This document shows positions 25,087 to 64,000 of a stretch of DNA of 64,000 nt, one piece after another (position 1 is the stretch's first letter; the number at the start of each line of letters is the position of its first letter). The notes beneath the pieces are model-generated. The model was not told the DNA's origin. It saw nothing but the letters and a program-made list of their open reading frames with translations, and searched no databases. The translations under genes were made by a program, and so were the position numbers. The DNA comes from Octopus bimaculoides (taxonomy: Eukaryota). The stretch lies in the NCBI RefSeq assembly GCF_001194135.2, contig NC_068983.1, positions 29,982,854-30,046,853 on the forward strand, written 5' to 3'.

Positions 25087-26142
25087 CACTCCATAATAAA
25101 TTTCAATTGCTGAGATACACCCCATTTTTTTTCCTTTTTACAGAAATTAATCAGTAATTAATCAGAAATTAATCAGTAAAATGAATGTTATTTTCATTAC
25201 ATGAGTAATTTTAATTAAATTATTAGCCACTTATTCACATAACTACTATGATGATTATGTGTAATACATATCCCAGTTTTGGGGGTCAAAATTTTCTTAA
25301 AACCTTTAAAATCCCATATATAACATGCATTGTTGCACAACTGTTACAAAAGTGGATAATCTAATATATTAGTTTTTATCTTTTTATATATAAGATATTG
25401 ATCAAATCAAAAATAATCTAAGTAAATAAGAAATCCTTATTACATAAACATGTAAGGCGAAAATACATCTGAATATTATATAAGGTATCGAGCTGGCAAA
25501 ATTGTTAGCACATCAGACAAAATGCTCAACAGCATTTCTTCCAGCTCTTTATATTCTAGTTCAAATGCAGCTAAGGTCAATAAAATAAGTACCAGTTGAC
25601 CACTAGAGTCAATGTAGGCTCACCCCCCCCCCCTCACACACACACACATACACACACCCAAAATTACTGGCCCTGTGCCAAAATTTGAACCCATTATACT
25701 CCACCCTAATTTTAATCTTGATTTTGAAATGGAAAAAGAGTGTAAGGTGCAGGCATGGTTGTGTGGTTTCAGGTTCAGTCCTTCTACTGTAGCCCCAAGC
25801 AAGTTAATACATTATGAGTGAATTTGGTTGACAAAAACTGAGTAGAAGCTCATCATATATGTCATGTGATCACATGACTGACCAGACTATCAGATGTTGT
25901 TAGACATCATTTGTCACAATGTGATTTACATTGTTTTCACCTTCAAATGATACCACCCCACTGGCTCGTCAAGCAGGCCCGCATTCTCCCACTTGATTGG
26001 AAGGGGAACTGGCATAACATGAAATAAAATGTTTTGTTCAAGAACACAAAACTTCCTGGTCCAGGAATTGAACCCATGATCTAGCAATAAATAGCCTAAC
26101 CACTAGGCCATATGCCTTCACACTTACACGCATACATATATA

Positions 26143-27298
26143 CAAGGGTATGCTGAAAAGTTCCTGGCTTTAGGTAAAAGAAAACACAGGAGGATCAATT
26201 AATTATGATTTTATTTAACATATTCCCCTCCCAGTTTCACACACTTAATGCACATGATATCTTTCGGGCGAGTTCGTTGCCAGTGCCCCTGGGCTGGCTC
26301 TTGTGTGGGTGGCGCATGAGGTGTTTCGAGCGGATCGTTTGCCAGTGCACCCCGGACTGGCTCATGTACGGGCGACATATGAAATCTTTCGAGCGGGATC
26401 GTTGCCAGTGCCCCTGGACTGGCTCATGTGTGGGCGACACATGATATCTTTCGAGCGGGATCGTTTGCCAGTGCCCCCAGACTGGCTCAAGTGCGGGCGA
26501 CACATGATATCTTTCGAGCGGGATCGTTGCCGGTGCCCCTGGGCCGGCTTGCGGGTGACACATGAGGTTTTTCGAGCNNNNNNNNNNNNNNNNNNNNNNN
26601 NNNNNNNNNNNNNNNNNNNNNNNNNNNNNNNNNNNNNNNNNNNNNNNNNNNNNNNNNNNNNNNNNNNNNNNNNNNNNNNNNNNNNNNNNNNNNNNNNNNN
26701 NNNNNNNNNNNNNNNNNNNNNNNNNNNNNNNNNNNNNNNNNNNNNNNNNNNNNNNNNNNNNNNNNNNNNNNNNNNNNNNNNNNNNNNNNNNNNNNNNNNN
26801 NNNNNNNNNNNNNNNNNNNNNNNNNNNNNNNNNNNNNNNNNNNNNNNNNNNNNNNNNNNNNNNNNNNNNNNNNNNNNNNNNNNNNNNNNNNNNNNNNNNN
26901 NNNNNNNNNNNNNNNNNNNNNNNNNNNNNNNNNNNNNNNNNNNNNNNNNGGTGGCACATAAAAGACACCATTTCGAGCGTGGCCGTTTTCGTGCGGGTGA
27001 CAGGGTGACACGTAAAAGCACCCACTACACTCTCTGAGTGGTTGGCGTTAGGAAGGGCATCCAGCTGTAGAAACTCTGCCAAATTAGATTGGAGCCTGGT
27101 GTTGCCATCCGGTTTCACCAGTCCTCAGTCAAATCGTCCAACCCATGCTAGCATGGAAGGCAGACGTTAAACGATGATGATGATGATTGCAGCAGCTCCT
27201 CAGCTTTCCTAAGTCCTGGAAAAGAACTTGGAAGGTTAGGCCTCCAACCAGGCCTTTTGCGGTACCCTTAAAGCCAAGAACTTCTCAGCACCCCCTTG
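26143..27298 (-). mobile_element. Mariner-derived MITE split by a retroposon insertion (intact copy 55899-56116)
   Basis: 26143-26250 plus 27187-27298 reconstitute the reverse complement of 55899-56116; TIR gctgaaaagttcctggcttt / aaagccaagaacttctcagc; TA flanks. Confidence 0.8.
26252..27186 (+). mobile_element. Long copy of the (GAT)n-tailed element with a 5' tandem array of ~60-bp units
   Basis: At least 5.3 units (26252-26577) before the N gap; standard 3' module 27015-27186. Confidence 0.85.
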
Positions 27299-27903
27299 TA
27301 TGTGTGTGTATCATCATCATCATCATCGTTTAACGTCCGCTTTCCATGCTAGCATGGGTTGGATGATTTGACTGAGGGCTGGTGAACCAGATGGCTACAC
27401 CAGGCTCCAATCTGATTTGGCAGAGTTTCTACAGCTGGATGCCCTTCCTAACGCCAACCACTCCGAGAGTGTAGTGGGTGCTTTTATGTTCCACTGGCAC
27501 GAAGGCCAGTCAGGCGCTACTGGCAATGGCCACACTCAAAATGGTGTATTTTACGTGCCACCTGCACAGGAGCCAGTCCAGTGGCACTGGCAACGCAAGA
27601 AGGCGATGCTGGGCACAGGTGCCATCACGATTTCGCTTGCCCCAACAGGTCTTTGCAGGCCGAGTTTAGTGTCCAATGTATATATAAGTGCAGGCATGGC
27701 TGTGTGGTTAGGAAGCTTGCTTCCCAGCTACATGGTTTCAGGTTCAGTCCCACCACGTGGCACTTTGGGCAAGTGTCTTCTGCTATAGTCCCGAGCCGAC
27801 CGAAGCTTTGTAATTGAATTTGGTAGGCGGAAGTTACTGCCGTGTGTGTATATGTCTGTGTATGTGCTTGTGCCTCTCTCCGAAAGAGAGAGAGAGGGAT
27901 ATG

Positions 27904-27945
<42 letters not shown>

Positions 27946-29581
27946 AAGAGAGAGAATTGATATACAAACATCAAAAGATATATCCACTGTAATAAAGAAT
28001 TCAGTTAATATGTCATTGCAGTAAATTCAGGTGGAAAAAAATTGCATGTATATACATAATCAGCTAAAACAATCTTTTAGAACAGCATATTTAGAATAAA
28101 AAGCTGTAAAGCATAAATTTCCCAAATGGTTCATAATTTAAATATATTAGTTATGTAACTTAACGATGGAATTAAGGATGTTTATTGTTAAAGAAACAGC
28201 TGTTGAATGAACATAATTAAACTCTGAGTTATTTGAAACTTTTGCTTTTTATTCTATGTGTGTGCAGATCATTGTGTTTGTTTTCACACAGCTTGACAAC
28301 TGGCAGTTGCAGATTTAAAAAAAAAGTAAGTACTGAGGTCAATTTGTTCGGTCAAACCCTTCAAGGTGGTGCCCCAGCATGGCCACAGTCCAATGACTGA
28401 AACAAGGAAAAGAAAAGCAAAATTATACATGGTGTTTTACAGTAAACTACATGAGACCAATCCATCTGATATAATTCCATTTCCATAGGCTTTTGTATGC
28501 ATTTCACAAATACAAGAGTCTACCCTTAATCTCAGATTTCATCTAAGCAAATATCCACTGCAAAATGCTGAGAACAGTTTAGCTTTAATGTGAATGAACA
28601 AATTCTTTCAAACCATGAAGGGATGGGCATATAAAGTCACACATGAAGCAGATTTTGAAGAATTTTATCTAATTTGTGGGGTTCCAAAATGATTGCAGAA
28701 TCATTAGTAGCAACTCACTTATAAAAGGGTAATGACCTTTATAAAAGGTCATGACCTTAATTTTGAACTTGCCCCCACAAAATTTGATTTCCATATGTTG
28801 CTACTGCTAAAATACATCATCTGAAATATAACAGCTGATTTTAATTAATTTAAGTGGAAAGTTAAATTTTATGGGCATGATTTTAAAAAATAATTGTTTT
28901 TTTCTTTTTGCTTTATGAGTGATTCACTACACATAAATAAAAATGAAATTGCATGGTAAAAGATGCGAATGGAAGTACTGAAGGACTAGACATGAAAATG
29001 TAAACTGAAAGGAAAGGTAAGCGAAACTGAAAAAAATAGTTCACTGAGGAAATAGGAGAGATGGAAATCAATAAGAAAAGGGAAGACAGAAATTGAAAAA
29101 GGGACAAGATGAGAGAAAATGAGCCATTTTAACTGAGTTACAGAGATACAGAGGAAGAAAACGTGATGGAAGAGAGAAATAGGCAAAAAAAAAAAAAAAA
29201 AAAAAAAAGAGAGACAGGAAGAAGGTAAAATGATTTCACTGTAAAGTGGTAGAAGACAGAAAAGAAGTTAAAAAGAATGAGAAAGCTGGTGATAGAGAGC
29301 CTAGATGTGGCCAAGCTTTCAATGACGAACAGGAAGAGATAGAAGATGTAAAAAGAGATTCAATACAGTGGTGGTAGTAGGAGATGGCTACATACGAAAG
29401 AAAGAATGGAGAAAAGATGGACGTAGAAAGTTTCTCAACATAAATATATGATAACTAATGAGGATCAAGCAATGTTCCATTTCATTTCAAGTGTGAATTT
29501 TGCATTTGTATTGTATTTCTGTTTAAATTTTGAAACTTATTTAGTGTAATACTATACACTATTCTTATTTTTACCTATTCA

Positions 29582-29612
<31 letters not shown>

Positions 29613-29646
29613 TTTAAGGAATGGAGAAAACGCATGTTATAATTGC

Positions 29647-29743
29647 ATACTTTATTCCTACATATGTTTCAAAGGATTACAACCTATGTGATCCATAGGG
29701 ATCTGTGATATTGAAATTGTAACCTTCTCATCAGGGAAAGCAT
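29647..29743 (-). ncRNA. Type I minimal hammerhead ribozyme, Penelope-like-element type
   Basis: Minus strand: stem I 5' ATGCTTTCC; CTGATGA (29734-29728); stem II GAAGG-TTACAA...TTGTAA-t-CCTTT; GAAAC (29670-29666); ATAT loop; GTA cleavage triplet (29661-29659); stem I 3' GGAA(taa)AGTAT. Confidence 0.8.
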
Positions 29744-29813
29744 GGGAATCATCTTAAACGGTCATAATGCCTTACGTTTAAGATGATTCCCATGCTTTCC
29801 CTGATGAGAAGGT
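29722..29813. repeat. Perfect 39-bp inverted repeat with 14-nt loop, abutting an N gap
   Basis: 29722-29760 is the exact reverse complement of 29775-29813; N run starts at 29814. Confidence 0.95.
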
Positions 29814-32273
29814 NNNNNNNNNNNNNNNNNNNNNNNNNNNNNNNNNNNNNNNNNNNNNNNNNNNNNNNNNNNNNNNNNNNNNNNNNNNNNNNNNNNNNNN
29901 NNNNNNNNATTTTATTCATTAAGATAGAAGAAATACATATAATTATATATATATCATCATCATCATCATCATCGTTTAACGTCCGCTTTCCATGCTAGCA
30001 TGGGTTGGACGATTTGACTGAGGACTGGTGAAACCGGATGGCAACACCAGGCTCCAATCTAATTTGGCAGAGTTTCTACAGCTGGATGCCCTTCCTAACG
30101 CCAACCACTCAGAACATCCATTTTCCATCATGGCATGGGTTGGACAGTTTGGCTGGAGCTGGTAAGGTCAGAGTCTGTACCAGGCTCCATTGTCTAGTTT
30201 GACATAGTTTCTATGACTGTGGCACTAACACCAGCACTTTTTACATGGCTTCATCACCAGTACTTTTTATGTGGCACCAGCACCAGTGCTTTTTACATGG
30301 CACCAGCACTGATGCTTTTTATGTGGTACCAGCACTAACAGATTCACCAAATAAACTTGCAAGATAAAAACCTCTTCAGGATATCAGTTCTGTTGTGTAT
30401 GTGTGCATGTGGTTAACAGAAGGCATAGGCATGACTGTGTGGTTAAGTTTGCTTTGCAAGTTCATAATTTAGAGTCCAGTCTCACTTGTAAGTATCTTCT
30501 ATATAGCCCTGGGTCAATCAATATCTTATGGAGTAAAATTTGCTCACCAAAATGTCAATATATGATTGGCTTCCTTGCAATTTTTGTCTACCAGTTTCAC
30601 TCTCAAGATATTCAACCAGAAATGTAGGTGAACCCTTTAGCATTTAAACCAACCATATCTGGCCAATATATTTTGCCTGTTTTATGTTCATACTGGTTAG
30701 ATCCAGCCTTTCATACCTTACCTACAATGTCATTCTAGTAATAAACTGTCACAGCATTGAAACCCTGGAGCTTTGAGATAATGCATGATTAATTCAAAAG
30801 CATTACATTTGACAAAATAATCTAAATGCTAAAAGGTTAAGAAACCTTGTCAAATCATAAGAATTTCAACATTAGCATTCAGAAAGCCTCCAACTACATC
30901 CAATGGAATAACACCTGTAAGGTTATCTCTTGGTTCAAGAATATATGAAATAAAAACAGAAGCATACAGTTTGATATTGTGAAAGGTTTGCTCACCTTTG
31001 CTGAGCTTTATACTTTTATAAGCAATGAAGACTTAGATATCATATAAATTGGGTAAAGACCCCCTTTGATCAAGAATGACTGTGGGATTGCACCTAGAAA
31101 GTTACCCTCCAAAGTACAAGTCCAGGCACAGTTGTTTTATGGAAGACCAGTAGTTGCCCATGCATACTAGCCTCTCCTCTCCATGCCACTGATGTTATCC
31201 AAGGGAAAGGTAAAGGCCAATACAGCTTCGCACTAGTTACATCACAACTCATTTCTACAGCTGAGTGAACTGGAGCAATGTGAAATAAAGTGTCTTGCTC
31301 AAGAACACAACACACAGCCTGGTCCAGGAATCAAACTCACTACCTCATGATTGTGAGCCCAACACTGAGTCATGCGCCTTCATATACTATACCAAGAAAA
31401 CCCTACTCTTTGATAAGGATGCAGCCTGGGTAAGAAAAAAAAAGCCAAATCCAGAGGGTACCTCCAATGTGAACATGGGATCATTTATGTGATTTCACTG
31501 GGCTATTCAACTTGGATTCTTTAAAAAGGGTATTCTTCTTTATTTAGTTTACATAAGAATGACACTCTAACCATCTCCAGCCATGTTAATGAACACATAT
31601 TAGGTTAAATAAAGATATTGAAGAGACATTCAAATCCCCAACTAGAGGAATTTAAAAGCATTGAGCTAGCAGCAATTTGTTGACAGGAAAAGTTACCAGT
31701 TGCATTCCGGCCACAAACAGCAACATCGTTGCTTGTAGCTCAGTTATGAACTGTCACAATCTGTAGTGTAGTTCATTGTAAACTGTAAACATTCATACAC
31801 ACTCAGTTACTTGTATGTGTGTGTGTGTATACATGTACACATCTTTTGTTTTAAAATAGATTTGGGCATTGCTCATGATTCCATGATGTGTGGTACTTTG
31901 TTTTCTCCGTAGCTTGTGGAGTGATTGAAGGTCCAAACATACATGTGTTGCCTCTTTCTTTTCAATCTCTTCATAGCTATAATTTTCAGTGAAATAACAG
32001 TGTTACGCAAAGCATTTGGACAAATGTAGTTGTTAGTCAGTCAGTTGGTTTTATGTTAACTGGATGATTGCAAAGGTAAGGTACTGGAATAGCCAAGCAC
32101 CATGCTGAGAATCATCTGATATTTCAGTGAAATGAGACTCTAACAAAGTCAAAAATCTCATCAGCAGTTCAACTTCTACAAACGTCTGAATAGCTACCGG
32201 TTGAAAACTGTAATTTGCAGACATGTTATTTCTATGGCTTGTTCGTTAGGGATACTGTAAATCCAGATTGGTG

Positions 32274-32520
32274 AAGGCGCGTGGCGGCCAAGTGGGTTAG
32301 GATGTTGCATTCACACAGTGCATTGTGTTCTTGAGTAAAACGCTTCATTTGACATTTCTCTCATCCACTTAGTTGTAAATGAGTAACTTGGCAATGGACT
32401 GGCATCCTGTTCAGGGGTAATGTTGTGATCTCAGTTACTTATACGCAGAGATCTCAAAATAACTGGCATTAATAGTCTTAAGACTTGAAGACAGTAATAA
32501 CCAGGGGAGACTTACTTTAC
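32274..32520 (+). mobile_element. tRNA-headed SINE with Meta/V-domain-like core
   Basis: gaaggcgcgtggcgg head and gcaatggactggcatcctgttcagggg, which resembles the GATGGACTAGCATCC..TCCAGGGG core of MetaSINEs. Confidence 0.5.
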
Positions 32521-32701
32521 AACACCATCTCAACTGTAGCATTAAGGAGGTGATGGAGCGAAAGAGTTGCTAACAGTAATTTTACATATGTGGCATCTTC
32601 CTACCATTCCCAGGCAATCCTACTGACTCAAGGATTGAACGGATATTTACCCTGAATAGGTCTCCTTGTTTTAGGGTTGTTTCACATATCTCAAACTCTT
32701 C

Positions 32702-33060
32702 TACTTGTTTCAGTCTTTTGACTGCGACGAGGCTGGAGCACCGCCTTTAGTGGAACAAATCGACCCCAGGACTTATTCTTTGTAAGCCCGGTACTTATGC
32801 TATCGGTCTCTTTTGCCGAACCGCTAAGTTACAGGGACGCAAACACACCAACATCGTTTGTCAAGCGATGGTGGGGGGACAAACACAGACACACAAACAT
32901 ATATATACGGCGGGTTTCTTTCAGTTTCCGTTTACCGAATCCACTCACAAGGCTTTGATCGGCCGGAGGCTATAACAGAAGACGCTTGCCCAAGGGGCCA
33001 CGCAATGGGACTGAACCCGGAATCGTGTGGTTCTTATCACACAGCTACCCCTGCGCCTAT
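32702..33060 (-). mobile_element. Near-complete tRNA-headed SINE with internal microsatellite (many copies, e.g. 4370-4520 -, 9043-9260 +, 54322-54500 +, 61800-62160 +)
   Basis: Shared head ggctgtgtgg...ggttcagtccc...ccttgggcaagtgtcttc and tail ...gcagtcaaaagactgaaacaagtag. Confidence 0.8.
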
Positions 33061-33517
33061 GTTGTATAATTCTCCACAAGAAATCTATAACTGTCTCGTC
33101 GATACTGGCTAATTCATTGGTACTAAATAAAAATACGTGAACGTAACGCCATCACACTTCAGTCGGCTATTGTAGATTGTTTTGCTTTAGCGCCTCCAAT
33201 TTGTCGTATTGCTTTAAATTTTTGCGGGCGGTCAAGGGTGTTTTGAAAACGTATGGCTCCAAAAAGATTGTTCCCTCCCCGACTCCACCACACACATAAC
33301 TTATAGAAAAAATAACCTTACAACTCATCAGTTAATAGAAAGCTGATTTCTCTACTAGGAAAAAAATAGGAAAACAATTTTAAGAGCCGAATTAGTAAAC
33401 CAAATTGAGAAATTAATTCCAATTATTTGCTACCAAACTACCAAATACTTTCAGTCGTTTTCAGAAACTGTGGAGAGTTCGCTTTTGGAAGCTGAACCAA
33501 GAATTAAAGCAGTTTAA

Positions 33518-33527
33518 CGCATGCGCA
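33518..33527. promoter_or_regulatory. NRF1-like motif in the CpG-enriched NCBP1 promoter/5' region
   Basis: CGCATGCGCA about 50 bp upstream of the ATG; CpG density rises over ~33100-34600. Confidence 0.45.
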
Positions 33528-33575
33528 GTTGTACAGATTCCGTCGAACAAATTTGAAAGCAAAACGTGTGCAACT

Positions 33576-63684
<30,109 letters not shown>

Positions 63685-63962
63685 GTATTTGTTTTTAAAT
63701 GTTCATATTCTCTCTGTTTTAGTATTCTTGAACAATCACCACTACCATTATCATTGTTGACTTCCTTTAGGTGTTCCAGCCATTATCATATCTATCTTTT
63801 TTTTTTCTGGTTGCAGGCATGGTTGTGTGTTTAAGAGGCTTCCTAACCATATGCTTTCAGGTTTAGTCTCACAGCATGGCATTTTAAGCAAATGTCTTCT
63901 ATAGCTCAGGCCAACCAAAGTCTTGTGAATGAATTAGATAGAGGAAAAATGAAAGAAGCTTG

Positions 63963-64000
<38 letters not shown>
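63963..64000. repeat. (TG)n microsatellite inside a SINE
   Basis: Direct read. Confidence 0.95.

Noticed and set aside
26252-26577. CRISPR-like array
   Set aside because: Whole units repeat with no unique spacers, the context is eukaryotic and no cas genes are present; it is a VNTR within a retroposon.
28719-28820. Minus-strand exon-like segment (tttcag|...|gtgagt)
   Set aside because: Stops in all frames; such signals arise by chance in AT-rich DNA.
30850-31031. Minus-strand two-exon ORF FIAYKSIKLSK|GVIPLDVVGGFLNANVEILMI*
   Set aside because: Splice signals are plausible but the peptide is short, has no upstream exon I can link and matches no family convincingly.
31990-32075. Plus-strand exon-like segment with good acceptor and GTAAGG donor
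   Set aside because: Stops in all three frames; it could be non-coding but nothing else supports it.
32110-32170. Second minus-strand CTGATGA...GAAA as a hammerhead (other CTGATGA hits at ~33325, 36124, 40058)
   Set aside because: Stem II does not close next to GAAA and no stem I or III can be formed.

Overview
AT-rich, repeat-dense animal genomic DNA with several N gaps. The SINE/MITE repertoire suggests an octopod cephalopod (inference). Two intron-rich genes lie in tandem on the + strand: the 3' 17 coding exons of KDM1B/LSD2 (390-23304, 5' end upstream of the window) and the first 19 coding exons of NCBP1/CBP80 (ATG 33576, runs off the right end). All exons were assembled by hand with GT-AG borders and consistent phase. 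Main findings: (1) KDM1B has Met in place of the conserved catalytic Lys (K661-equivalent) plus other active-site changes, so it may be an impaired or pseudo-demethylase. (2) A Penelope-type minimal type I hammerhead ribozyme (29647-29743, - strand) sits in a perfect inverted repeat at a gap. (3) NCBP1 intron 13 is a U12-type minor intron. (4) A foldback element with perfect 71-bp arms encloses a tRNA-like cassette. (5) A SINE plus ~280 bp of flank is duplicated in inverted orientation between NCBP1 introns 6 and 13, resembling a 3' transduction. (6) A KDM1B exon fragment is duplicated within the next intron. Repeat boundaries are approximate and family names come from motif recognition, not database searches.
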